This document shows positions 16,086-25,676 of a stretch of 64,000 bases of DNA, piece after piece. The translations under genes were made by a program, and so were the position numbers. Within the stretch, counting starts at the first letter, position 1. The number at the start of each line of letters is the position of its first letter. This DNA is from an uncultured bacterium (GTDB lineage Bacteria; Patescibacteriota; Minisyncoccia; Phycocordibacterales; Phycocordibacteraceae): contig CALFMK010000002.1 in the NCBI GenBank assembly GCA_937879955.1, positions 1,175 through 65,174 on the forward strand, written 5' to 3'. The notes under the pieces were generated by a model, which ran no database searches, was not told the origin of the DNA, and was given only the letters and a program-made list of their open reading frames with translations.

Positions 16086-18296
16086 ATGCTCAAGAGGCTC
16101 GAGATCGCCGGATTCAAATCCTTCGCGCGCAAGACCGTGCTCGATTTCTCGTCCTCGGTGACGAGCGTGGTGGGTCCGAACGGCTCGGGCAAGTCGAACG
16201 TGGCAGAGGCGTTCCGCTTCGCACTCGGCGAGCAGTCCATGAAGTCCATGCGCGGCAAGCGCAGCGAGGACCTCATCTGGTCCGGCTCGAACATGGCGCC
16301 GAGAGCGAACCGCGCGGCCGTAACCATCGTCTTCGACAACGCGAAACGCATCTTCCCGAAGCTCGAGTTCGATGAGGTCGCCATCGAGCGCGCGGTCTTC
16401 CGCGACGGCGCGAGCGAGTACGCCATAAACGGATCGAAGGTGCGGCTCCGCGACGTGCAGGAGCTCCTCGCCAGCGCGAACGTGGGCGAGACCGGGCACC
16501 ACATCATCTCGCAGGGCGAGGCGGACCGCATCCTCACGGCTCCTCCGAAGGAGCGTCGCAGCATGCTCGAGGACGCGCTCGGCCTCAAGGTGTTCGAGTT
16601 CAAGAAGCAGGAAGCGGAGCGAAAGCTCGAGAAGACCGAGGAGAACGTCGCGCAGGTGGAGGCGCTGCGCCGAGAGATCGCGCCGCACATCCGCTTCCTC
16701 GCGAAGCAGGTGGAGCGCCTCGATCGCGCCGAGGAGCTCAAGAAGGAGCTGCGCGCGGCGTCGAAGGCATACTTCGCGATAGAGGAGGCGTACGTGCGCA
16801 TGGAGCGCGCGACCGCGGAATCGGCGCTCGCCGAGGTCTCCGAGCGCCTCGCGCGCCTCGAGGCTGAGCTCTCCGCGTTCGAGGAGCGTGCGACTACCGA
16901 CGTCGAGGGCATGAAGCGCTCCGAGGCGGTCCGCAAGGCCGAGCGCGAGCTCGACCGCCTCACGGGCGAGCGCTCGGAGCTCGCGCGGGAGATAGGGCGC
17001 GTCGAGGGCGCGCTCAACGCCGTGAAGGCGCGCAGCATGGCCGTGGCGAAGGAGCCGTACGTGAAGGTGCCGCGCGAGGACCTGAAGACGCTGCGTGAAG
17101 AAGTCGGAAGGCAGGTCGACGCTGTGGAGAGCGCGGAGCCGGGTGCCATGCTCGCGGCACTCAAGACGCTCCGCACGCTCGTGTCCGCCTTCTTCGAGCG
17201 GTACGGCACCGGCAGCGACGATCTCATGCTCGAGGAGGAGCAGGCCGCGCACGATCTCGAAGGCAAGCGCGCAGAGCTCGCCCAGAAGGACGGCGTGCTC
17301 TTCGAGTCCGTGGAGGCCGCGAGGAACGTGCTCCTCAAGGCTCGCGAAGCAACCATGGCGCACGAGGAGACCGGCCGCGAGCAGAACCGCCGGCTCCTCG
17401 AGCTCGCGGACCAGAAGGCGAAGGCCGAAGGCGAGCGCGCGCGGCTCCAGGCGCGCATGGGCGAGCTCGACTATCTCTCCGAGGAACTCTCGCAGGGGAA
17501 GCAGGAAGCGGTCGCGCTCGTGGGCGCGGACGCCATTTCATACGAAGCATTGTCTGACCTTCCGCAGGAGGACCGTCGGGCGCAGGAGGAGCGCAAGCGC
17601 CAGATGGAGCGCCTCAAGATCCGCGTGGAGGAGGCGGGAGGCTCGGGCGAGGACGTGCGCACCGAGTACCAGGACCTCACGGCGCGCGAGGCGTTCCTCG
17701 CCAAGGAGCTCGAGGACCTCGCGACGTCCGGCGCCGCGCTCCGCGAGCTCATCAAGGACCTCGATAGCGAGCTGCAGAAGTCGTTTACGGAAGGCCTCGC
17801 GAAGGTGAACGAATCGTTCAGCGCGTTCTTCAGCGTGATGTTCGGCGGCGGCGGCGCGCGCCTCATCCTCGAGGAGTTCTCGAAGGACGACGAGGAGGAC
17901 GAGGACGCGCTCGAGGAGGCGAAGCCCCAGAAGAGCCAGAAGCCAGGTATCGAGATCTCGGTGTCGCTCCCGAAGAAGCGCGTGCAGGCCCTCATGCAGC
18001 TCTCGGGCGGCGAGCGCGCCCTCACGTCGATCGCGCTCATCTTCGCCATGAGCCAGGTGAACCCGCCGCCGTTCCTCATCCTCGACGAGACCGACGCCGC
18101 GCTCGACGAGGCGAACAGCCGCCGGTACGGCGACATGATCGAGGAGCTCTCGAAGAAGTCGCAGCTCATCGTCATAACGCACAACCGTGAGACCATGAGC
18201 CGGGCCGGCATCCTCTACGGCGTCACCATGGGCAACGACGGCATCTCGAAACTTTTGTCCGTGAAGTTCGAGGAAGCGGCGAAGGTGGCGAAATAG
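16086..18296 (+). CDS. smc: SMC-family ATPase, short (736 aa), no recognisable hinge
   Basis: GFKSF, GPNGSGKSN Walker A, LSGGE signature, ILDETDAALD, ITH. Confidence 0.9.
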   Translation: MLKRLEIAGFKSFARKTVLDFSSSVTSVVGPNGSGKSNVAEAFRFALGEQSMKSMRGKRSEDLIWSGSNMAPRANRAAVTIVFDNAKRIFPKLEFDEVAIERAVFRDGASEYAINGSKVRLRDVQELLASANVGETGHHIISQGEADRILTAPPKERRSMLEDALGLKVFEFKKQEAERKLEKTEENVAQVEALRREIAPHIRFLAKQVERLDRAEELKKELRAASKAYFAIEEAYVRMERATAESALAEVSERLARLEAELSAFEERATTDVEGMKRSEAVRKAERELDRLTGERSELAREIGRVEGALNAVKARSMAVAKEPYVKVPREDLKTLREEVGRQVDAVESAEPGAMLAALKTLRTLVSAFFERYGTGSDDLMLEEEQAAHDLEGKRAELAQKDGVLFESVEAARNVLLKAREATMAHEETGREQNRRLLELADQKAKAEGERARLQARMGELDYLSEELSQGKQEAVALVGADAISYEALSDLPQEDRRAQEERKRQMERLKIRVEEAGGSGEDVRTEYQDLTAREAFLAKELEDLATSGAALRELIKDLDSELQKSFTEGLAKVNESFSAFFSVMFGGGGARLILEEFSKDDEEDEDALEEAKPQKSQKPGIEISVSLPKKRVQALMQLSGGERALTSIALIFAMSQVNPPPFLILDETDAALDEANSRRYGDMIEELSKKSQLIVITHNRETMSRAGILYGVTMGNDGISKLLSVKFEEAAKVAK

Positions 18297-18358
18297 CGCT
18301 TCATTGCTTCTGGACGCGCTTTGCCGTATAAGAAGGCGCAGACAGCTGGAGAGCACCC

Positions 18359-18532
18359 ATGTACAGTAAGAAGCGAGGCAAGGACTCCATGATGGTCCCG
18401 GGCTCCGATCGCTACGATCTCATGAGCGAACGGGGCGACAGCCTCACGGATTTCCGTGACCGGCAGATCCTCAATCCCCCGAAGCCCTCTCCGTTCGCGC
18501 AGAGGAATGCTGCCGATAAGGAGCAGGAATAG
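18359..18532 (+). CDS. 57-aa hypothetical protein (not in ORF track)
   Basis: GGAG SD; MYSKKRGKDSMMVPGSDRYDL...KEQE; terminator at about 18547-18574. Confidence 0.5.
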   Translation: MYSKKRGKDSMMVPGSDRYDLMSERGDSLTDFRDRQILNPPKPSPFAQRNAADKEQE

Positions 18533-18638
18533 CCGCACGGAATACCCGCCCGCGACCACTGGTCGCGGGCGTTTCCTTATCCCCATGGACGCTCTGGAGG
18601 GGAGGCGTATGCTTTGGCTACCCTAACCATTCATACCT

Positions 18639-19178
18639 ATGACCGAAGACCAGCTGATCGGGAAGCGCGTGCCAGACGTGACCTTCAAGACCCGGGTGCG
18701 CGACGAAGCCGTGGGCGGGGAGAACCCGTTCCGCTGGCAGGACGTCACGAGCGACGAGCTCTTCAAGGGTAAGAAGGTGGTGCTGTTCGGCCTTCCGGGC
18801 GCGTTCACGCCGACCTGCTCCTCGACGCACGCGCCGGGCTACGAGAAGAAGTACGACGAGTTCAAGGCGCATGGCGTCGACGACGTCATCTGCCTCTCCG
18901 TGAACGACGCGTTCACGATGTACCAGTGGGGACAGAAGCTCGGCATCTCGAAGGTGCGCATGCTTCCGGACGGGAACGGCGAGTTCACCCAGAAGCTCGG
19001 CATGCTCGTGAAGAAGGAGAACCTCGGGTTCGGCAACCGCTCGTGGCGCTACTCGATCCTCGTTGAGGACGGCGTCATAACGAAGGCGTTCGTCGAGCCG
19101 GGATTCTCCGACAACTGCGAGGAGGATCCGTTCGAGGTCTCTGACGCGGACACCATGCTCGCGGCGCTCTCGGCATAA
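18639..19178 (+). CDS. Peroxiredoxin (Prx5/redoxin type)
   Basis: [10 protein letters not shown] active site, SVNDAF, PDGNGEF, RSWRY. Confidence 0.93.
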   Translation: MTEDQLIGKRVPDVTFKTRVRDEAVGGENPFRWQDVTSDELFKGKKVVLFGLPGAFTPTCSSTHAPGYEKKYDEFKAHGVDDVICLSVNDAFTMYQWGQKLGISKVRMLPDGNGEFTQKLGMLVKKENLGFGNRSWRYSILVEDGVITKAFVEPGFSDNCEEDPFEVSDADTMLAALSA

Positions 19179-19187
19179 GCATCCCGC

Positions 19188-20423
19188 ATGGCTGCATTCG
19201 ACTACTTCAAGCGGAACGTCGGGAAGGCCGCGGACCTGCTTCAGCTCTCGGACGAGGATCGTGCGTCGTTCATGGCGCCTGACCGCGTGCTGAAGGCGGA
19301 CCTCGAGGTCCTGATGGACGACGGGCGGACCGAGACCTATCCCGCGTACCGCGTGCAGTTCGATAACGCGCGCGGCCCGTACAAGGGCGGTATCCGCTTC
19401 CATCCGGACGCGGACGAGGACGAGGTGATGGCGCTCGCCGCGATGATGGCGATCAAGTGCGCGGTCGTGGACATCCCGTTCGGCGGCGCCAAGGGCGGCG
19501 TGACCGTCGACCCGAAGCGCCTCTCTGGCGCTGAGCTCGATCGCCTCGCGCGCGCATACGTCCGCGCGTTCGCTGAGAACCTCGGCCCTGATATTGACGT
19601 GCCAGCGCCTGACGTCTACACGAATCCGACGATCATGGCTGCCATGCTCGACGAGTACGAGGCCGTAACGGGGAAGCCCGCTCCCGCCATGATCACGGGA
19701 AAGCCCCTCGAGAAGGGCGGCATCGTCGGGCGCGACACGGCCACCGCCGACGGCGCGATCTACGTCCTCGAGGCGCTCCTCGAGGATCAGCACCGAAGCC
19801 TCGAGAAGATCGAGGTGGCGGTGCAGGGCGCCGGCAACGCGGGCGCGCAGGCGGCGCACCTCGTCGATACGCACGGCGGGAAGGTGGTGGCGCTCGCGGA
19901 CTCCCGCGGCACGCTTCTGAACGCGGACGGCATCAACGTCGCCGCGGTCCTCGCGCTCAAGGAGGCGGGTAAGTCCGTGCATGACGCGAGCGAGTACGGG
20001 ACCCCCGCGGGCCCCGAGGCCGTGATCACGGCCGCTTGCGACGTGCTCATCCCGGCCGCCCTCGAGGAGGTCGTCACCGGGAAGAACGCGGGGGACGTCA
20101 TGGCGACCGTAGTGCTCGAGGTGGCCAACGGGCCGGTCACGCCCGAGGCGGACGAGCTCCTGACGAGCCGCGCCATCGGCGTGGTGCCGGACGTGCTTGC
20201 GAACGCCGGCGGCGTCACGGTCTCGTACTTCGAATGGCTGCAGAACCGCTCGGGGGAGGCCTGGGACCGTGCCCGCGTCACGGAGCGCCTGCGCGCAACG
20301 ATGCGCGACGCATACCGGGACGTGGCGGATTTCGCGCACGAGCGCGGCATCACGCTGCGCGAGGCCGCGTACGCGCTCGCCCTCACGCGCATACTCGAGG
20401 CGCGCAGCCATACGGAAGGGTAG
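19188..20423 (+). CDS. gdhA: Glu/Leu/Phe/Val dehydrogenase (glutamate dehydrogenase)
   Basis: GPYKGGIRFHP, GGAKGG, DVPAPD, QGAGNAG, ANAGGVTVSYFEW. Confidence 0.9.
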   Translation: MAAFDYFKRNVGKAADLLQLSDEDRASFMAPDRVLKADLEVLMDDGRTETYPAYRVQFDNARGPYKGGIRFHPDADEDEVMALAAMMAIKCAVVDIPFGGAKGGVTVDPKRLSGAELDRLARAYVRAFAENLGPDIDVPAPDVYTNPTIMAAMLDEYEAVTGKPAPAMITGKPLEKGGIVGRDTATADGAIYVLEALLEDQHRSLEKIEVAVQGAGNAGAQAAHLVDTHGGKVVALADSRGTLLNADGINVAAVLALKEAGKSVHDASEYGTPAGPEAVITAACDVLIPAALEEVVTGKNAGDVMATVVLEVANGPVTPEADELLTSRAIGVVPDVLANAGGVTVSYFEWLQNRSGEAWDRARVTERLRATMRDAYRDVADFAHERGITLREAAYALALTRILEARSHTEG

Positions 20424-20490
20424 GGGCTAATCCCGTGAACCGAAGGACGCTGCGAACGTGGCGTCTTTCGCCTTTGCTATACTTTCCTTC

Positions 20491-21288
20491 ATGACCCGCC
20501 CCTCTCGCGGCTTCACCTTGATCGAGCTCCTCGTGGTGATCGCCATCATCGGCATTCTCTCGAGTGTCGTCCTCGCGTCGCTGAATACGGCACGAGAGAA
20601 GGCGAGGATCGCGGCGGGGCAGCAGTTCGACGGCTATACGTACAGGACGAGCGGCGCCGATGCGGAAGGGGCGTGGAGTTTCGATGAGGGGACGGGCACG
20701 ACGGTATCAGACCGTGCAGCGAGCCATACAGGGACATTCTCCGGATCTCCGGTGCCCGCATGGACCACCGATACGCCTGACGGCCGCGGCTATGCTCTGG
20801 ATTTCCCGTCAGGCGCGCGCATCACGCTCGCAGGGCCTATAACGACCCCTACGCCGAACATCACTATCACTGCCTGGGTGAAGACAACCGGAGGCGCTAC
20901 GCAGCCCATACTGAGCCTGCGAAGCGGAGGAAACATATATTTCGGAACGGCATCGGGGAAGCTGTATGCCTATGTGAACAATTCGAGCATTCCGGCGATG
21001 AATTCCTCCATATCGATAAACGACGGGAAATGGCACCATGTAGCATGGACCTCCGACGGGAGCACCTCGGTAATGTACATCGATGGAAAGATGGACATTA
21101 CACTTACGAGAACAGGCACCGCGGTTACGAACTCCGTCCCGTATATCGCCTATGATACGGAGTACGCGCCTCCCTTCATCGGGAAGCTCGATGGCGTAGC
21201 GGTGTATTCTCGCACGCTGCTCGCTTCGGATATCGAGAGGCAGTACGCGATGGGTACGCAGCGATTAGCGCTTAGCATGACGCCATGA
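20491..21288 (+). CDS. Pilin N-terminus fused to a LamG/ConA-like domain
   Basis: G|FTLIE; WSFDEGTG, TITAWVK, DGKWHHVA, YIDG, FIGKLDGVAVYSRTL. Confidence 0.88.
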   Translation: MTRPSRGFTLIELLVVIAIIGILSSVVLASLNTAREKARIAAGQQFDGYTYRTSGADAEGAWSFDEGTGTTVSDRAASHTGTFSGSPVPAWTTDTPDGRGYALDFPSGARITLAGPITTPTPNITITAWVKTTGGATQPILSLRSGGNIYFGTASGKLYAYVNNSSIPAMNSSISINDGKWHHVAWTSDGSTSVMYIDGKMDITLTRTGTAVTNSVPYIAYDTEYAPPFIGKLDGVAVYSRTLLASDIERQYAMGTQRLALSMTP

Positions 21289-21896
21289 TCCTCCCAAGCA
21301 TATCTGTCGTAGAGAATCAGGCTCGACGGAAGGGTGGCTTCACCCTCATCGAGCTCCTCGTGGTGATCGCGATCATCGGCATACTCTCGTCGGTGGTGCT
21401 CGCGTCTTTGAACACGGCACGGGCGAAAGCACGTGACGCGCGCCGCATGGCGGACGTGAAGCAGGTCTCGCTCGCACTCGAGCTCAACAGGGATGCGGCC
21501 GGCTCCTATCCTGACTTCACCATAGCTGCTCCTCGCGAAAGCTCCTGCTTCACGGGCGGCAGCGGAAGCGTGGCGGTAGGGCAGTGGGACACGATACTGG
21601 CTCCGATCGTTTCTGCCGGATATCTCGCGGGCGTGCCGCGGGACCCGAGGAACGACGGTCTCGTGTCCGGCGTGCCGGCACCGCAGTACTGCTACACGTA
21701 CTACCGCAATACCGGGGGTACGAGCCTGTACGACGCTTGCCGGAACAAGCAGACCGGCGAGATCCTCTACGCGAGGGACTACGAGTACTTCATCTACTAC
21801 TCCCTGGAGAACGCGAGCTCCTCACTGTACACGCTGAACTGGAACGGGTCCGCGAACCCGCCGGCGAACGCTTGCTTCCTCGGTCCGCGCCGGTAG
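21285..21896 (+). CDS. Type IV pilin / GspG-like protein
   Basis: KGG|FTLIE; ARDARRMADV...YP...VPRDP; start overlaps upstream stop (ATGA). Confidence 0.88.
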   Translation: MILPSISVVENQARRKGGFTLIELLVVIAIIGILSSVVLASLNTARAKARDARRMADVKQVSLALELNRDAAGSYPDFTIAAPRESSCFTGGSGSVAVGQWDTILAPIVSAGYLAGVPRDPRNDGLVSGVPAPQYCYTYYRNTGGTSLYDACRNKQTGEILYARDYEYFIYYSLENASSSLYTLNWNGSANPPANACFLGPRR

Positions 21897-21929
21897 GGAA
21901 GCGACCCGTCGTTCTTGTATACTCAGGAC

Positions 21930-22436
21930 ATGAAAGGGAGAAAGGCAGCCGGCTTTACCCTCATCGAGCTCCTCGTGGTAATCGCGATCATCGGCGTGCT
22001 CTCGACTGTCATACTTGCATCGCTCAGCGCCGCGCGCTCGCGCAGCTACGACGCGCAGCGCGTCGCCAACATGCGCCAGGTACAGAAGGCGCTCGAGGCG
22101 TATGCGATCGACCATGATGGGAAGTATCCTGTGAGGACCGGCGGCAACTGGAACGGAACATGCAGCGCATGGGTCTCGCTCCCGCGCGATAGCGCGATCC
22201 CGAACCTCGTCTCGGAGGGCTACATGTCGCAGCTACCGCTCGATCCCGAAGTGAACCCGGCGACGAGCAAGTGCTGCTATCTCTATAATTCTTTTGATGG
22301 AAACGATTACAAGTACCTGATGTACGACTGCCCGACCTCGAAGGCGTGCTATGGCGCCGGCAGGAACATGTCGCTGAGCGATCCGGTGAGGTCCAACGCG
22401 TGCGCTGTGTACTCGCCTGGATACGCAAGCTTCTGA
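21930..22436 (+). CDS. Type IV pilin / GspG-like protein
   Basis: AG|FTLIE; LPLDP; TATACT 6 nt before ATG; bidirectional terminator at about 22446-22475. Confidence 0.88.
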   Translation: MKGRKAAGFTLIELLVVIAIIGVLSTVILASLSAARSRSYDAQRVANMRQVQKALEAYAIDHDGKYPVRTGGNWNGTCSAWVSLPRDSAIPNLVSEGYMSQLPLDPEVNPATSKCCYLYNSFDGNDYKYLMYDCPTSKACYGAGRNMSLSDPVRSNACAVYSPGYASF

Positions 22437-22485
22437 TTCTTAAAGAGAAAGCGCCCGCACATGCGGGCGCTTTCTTCGTATGGCT

Positions 22486-24450
22486 CTACGCCTGCTTCAC
22501 GATCGCGAAGTCGAGCTCGCGCTCCGGAAGCCTCGCGGCCATGAGCTTCACCCTGATCGGGTCGCCGAGCGCGTACGAAGTCTTCGTGCGCTCGCCGATG
22601 AGGCGGTACCGCTTCTCGTCGTAGACGAAGTAGTCGTCGCCGATGTCGCGCACGCGGATCATGCCCTCGGCACGGGTCTCCTTGAGCTCCACGAAGAGGC
22701 CGCGGTCGGAAACGCCCGAGATCACGGCGTCGAACTCCTCGCCGATGTGCTCGCTCATGAACTCCACCACCTTCATCTTGATGGAATCGCGCTCGGCTTC
22801 CACGGCTGCCGCCTCGCGTTCGGACGAATGGACGGCGAGCTGATCGAGCTCGGCTTGCTCCGCCTTCGTGAACTCGCCGTTCACGGTGTAGTGCTTCGTG
22901 AGGCGGTGGACGAGGAGGTCGGGGTAGCGGCGGATCGGGGAGGTGAAGTGCGTGTAAAACTCGAACGCGAGGCCGAAGTGCCCGATGTTACGGGTCGTGT
23001 ACACGGCCTTCGCCATGGAGCGGAGCGTCGCGGTCTTGATGAGGTACTCCTCGGGCTTTCCCTCGACCGCGGCGAGGAGCTTGTTCATGTCGTCGCCCTT
23101 CACCTTGCCGGCCTGGACGGGGAGGTCGTATCCCATGACCTTCAGGAACTGCGAGAGGGTCTCGATGCGATCGGCGTCAGGAGTGTCATGCACGCGGTAG
23201 ATGCTCGACGTGCGGTCCTTCTTTACTTGTTCGAAGAGGTACTCGGCCACGGCCTCGTTCGCGAGCAGCATGAAGTCCTCGATCACGAGCATGGTGTCGA
23301 TGCGGGTCTTGAGCACGATGTCGGTAGGCTTGCCGGTCTCGTCGATGAGCACCTTCACCTCCGGGGTGTCGAAGGAGATCGCGCCCTTCGCGGTCCTGCG
23401 CGCGCGGATCTGGTCCGCGAGCATCTTGAGGATGTTGAGCTCCTCGAGCATCTCGCCCGACTGGTTCGTGAGGACCTCCTGCGCGTTCTCGTACGTGAAG
23501 CGCTTGTCGGAGTGGATCACGGTAGGGCCGAACCAGCGCGAGACGATGCCGGCGTTGCGGTCGAGCTCGAAGACGGCGGACATGGAGAGACGGTCCTCGT
23601 TCGGGTTGAGCGAGCAGAGGTCGGTCGAGAGGATGTGCGGGAGCATCGGGATCGTGCGGTCCACGAGGTATACCGAGGTGGCGCGCTTCCTCGCCTCGTC
23701 GTCGATCGCGGTGCCGGGGACCACGAAGTGGGACACGTCCGCGATGTGGACGCCGATCTCGTAGTTGCCGTTCGGGAGCGTCTTCACCGAGAGCGCGTCG
23801 TCGAAGTCCTTCGCGTCGAACGGGTCGATGGTGAAGGTCGGGGTGCCGCGGAAGTCCTTGCGAGTGCCGGCCTTGATGCCTTCCTCCGCGCCGCTAGCTA
23901 GCATCTCCCTCCCATGCTCCTCGAGGTACTGCGCCTCCTTCATGACGCCGGGCGGGAAGTCGGAGCGGAAGCCCTGGGAGAGCGCGAGCGCGCGCATCTC
24001 GGTCTCGTGCTCGCCTGCCGGGCCGATGATCTCCTCGAGGGTGCCCCACGGGTACGGCTGGTGCTTGTTCCATCCCTGGAAGCGGATCACCACCTTCTGG
24101 CCGAGCGGGAGGGACTCGCCCTTCACCACGAACGGCACGTACATCTTCTTCCAGTCGGGCACGAGCATCGTGAGGTTCTCCTCCTTGTTCTCGACGAGGG
24201 TGCCCACGAACGTCTCGCGGCTCCGGGCCGTGACCTCCACGACCTTGCCCGCCGCCCGCTTCTTGCCGGTGCGCGCGTCGGTGTCGTAGCCGATGAACTC
24301 CACCTTCACGGTGTCGCCAGGGAAGGCGCCGCCCAGGTTCTCGCCGGCGATGAAGAGGTCCTCCTGCTCCGGGTCATAGGTGAAGAATCCCTTGCCTGTC
24401 TTGATGATAGTGATCGGCCCCTCGTACGTCGTGTCTTTCTTGAGTTCCAT
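22486..24450 (-). CDS. rnr: Ribonuclease R
   Basis: TIDPFDAKDFDDA, HIADVS, HFTSPIRRYPD, C-terminal S1; start MELKK after TGCTACAGT. Confidence 0.95.
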   Translation of the reverse strand: MELKKDTTYEGPITIIKTGKGFFTYDPEQEDLFIAGENLGGAFPGDTVKVEFIGYDTDARTGKKRAAGKVVEVTARSRETFVGTLVENKEENLTMLVPDWKKMYVPFVVKGESLPLGQKVVIRFQGWNKHQPYPWGTLEEIIGPAGEHETEMRALALSQGFRSDFPPGVMKEAQYLEEHGREMLASGAEEGIKAGTRKDFRGTPTFTIDPFDAKDFDDALSVKTLPNGNYEIGVHIADVSHFVVPGTAIDDEARKRATSVYLVDRTIPMLPHILSTDLCSLNPNEDRLSMSAVFELDRNAGIVSRWFGPTVIHSDKRFTYENAQEVLTNQSGEMLEELNILKMLADQIRARRTAKGAISFDTPEVKVLIDETGKPTDIVLKTRIDTMLVIEDFMLLANEAVAEYLFEQVKKDRTSSIYRVHDTPDADRIETLSQFLKVMGYDLPVQAGKVKGDDMNKLLAAVEGKPEEYLIKTATLRSMAKAVYTTRNIGHFGLAFEFYTHFTSPIRRYPDLLVHRLTKHYTVNGEFTKAEQAELDQLAVHSSEREAAAVEAERDSIKMKVVEFMSEHIGEEFDAVISGVSDRGLFVELKETRAEGMIRVRDIGDDYFVYDEKRYRLIGERTKTSYALGDPIRVKLMAARLPERELDFAIVKQA

Positions 24451-24494
24451 GGTCCTTAGACTGTAGCAGATAGGCGCTGTTATGCTATGATGCC

Positions 24495-24722
24495 GCGGTG
24501 CTGCCGACATGCGGTTGCCTCCACACCGACCGTGGCAGCTGAGCTCAGTGCTGGCCCCAGCCAGCGAGCTCGACCGAGAGACGGGTCCCGGGGCCTGACC
24601 CCGCCCTCGACAGGGGACGATCAGCTCCGCCCCCAGCTGACGATCGTCCCTGGGGGACCCGTCTCTCACCCCGCTTCGTACCTTCGTGCACCTCCCGCGC
24701 CTGACCCTCGGTCAGGCGCTTT
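24495..24722 (+). ncRNA. Candidate ~230-nt structured ncRNA
   Basis: Extended -10 TGcTATGAT at 24483-24491; 14-bp perfect stem 24576-24589/24654-24667; terminator at 24697-24722. Confidence 0.55.
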
Positions 24723-24774
24723 CCATAGCCTCGTTTGACCCGGTACCTACTATCTGGTACGCTTCCCGCTACAT

Positions 24775-25257
24775 ATGTTGATGATCCGATTCCAGCGCAT
24801 TGGCCGCAAGAACGACGCCGCTTTCCGCATGGCCGTGCTCGAGAAGACCGCCGGACCTAAGGCGGGCAAGTACGTCGACCTCGTCGGCACCTACAACCCG
24901 AAGACCAAGCAGATTACCTACAAGGCAGACCGCATCCAGGACTGGGTGAAGAAGGGAGCGCAGGTATCGCCATCCCTCAAGAACCTCCTTATCAAGAACG
25001 GCGTGCTCGAGGGCGAGAAGTCCGCGAAGGTCGTCTCGAAGAAGAACCTCGAGAAGAACATCCTGAAGGCGAAGGCAGAGGCCGAGGCCGCAGCGGCGAA
25101 GGCCGCCGAGGAGAAGGCGAAGGAGGAGGCCGCAGCAGCGAAGGCAGCCGAGGAGGCAGCCGCCGCAGCCGCTGAGGCCGCAGCTGCTCCTGCAGCAGAG
25201 GAAGCGCCCGCAGAGGCAGCTCCAGAGGAGACCAAGGAAGAGGAGGCAGCTGCGTAA
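24775..25257 (+). CDS. rpsP: 30S ribosomal protein bS16 with Ala/Glu-rich tail
   Basis: MIRFQRIGRK, VGTYNP, KGAQVS. Confidence 0.95.
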   Translation: MLMIRFQRIGRKNDAAFRMAVLEKTAGPKAGKYVDLVGTYNPKTKQITYKADRIQDWVKKGAQVSPSLKNLLIKNGVLEGEKSAKVVSKKNLEKNILKAKAEAEAAAAKAAEEKAKEEAAAAKAAEEAAAAAAEAAAAPAAEEAPAEAAPEETKEEEAAA

Positions 25258-25325
25258 GCTGCATCCCTGACGGGCCCTCATCCGTCTTACCCGTACCGAA
25301 TATCCTGACCCGCCGCAACGACCCT

Positions 25326-25634
25326 ATGGAACAAGACCACGCATACCTCGATTTCACTATCAAAGCGCTCGTCGACAATCCCGACAGCGTCGTGATCACC
25401 CGCTCGGTAGACGAGATGGGCGTCCTCCTCACGCTCACGGTAGCCCCTGAGGACATGGGCAAGATCATCGGCAAGGACGGGAACATCGCGAAGGCGATCC
25501 GCACCCTGCTGCGCGTCGTCGGCATGAAGCACAACGCGCGCGTGAACCTCAAGATCAACGAGCCGATGGGCGGCAAGCACTTCGAGACGGGCGAGAACAA
25601 GACGCTCGACCAGGTGCTCGGGGACATCCAGTAA
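25326..25634 (+). CDS. khpA: KH-domain RNA-binding protein
   Basis: LVDNPDSV...DMGKIIGKDG; position after rpsP. Confidence 0.9.
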   Translation: MEQDHAYLDFTIKALVDNPDSVVITRSVDEMGVLLTLTVAPEDMGKIIGKDGNIAKAIRTLLRVVGMKHNARVNLKINEPMGGKHFETGENKTLDQVLGDIQ

Positions 25635-25676
25635 GAGAGAGCGGCGCGAGCCGCTCTTTTCCGCTACTATCTATCC

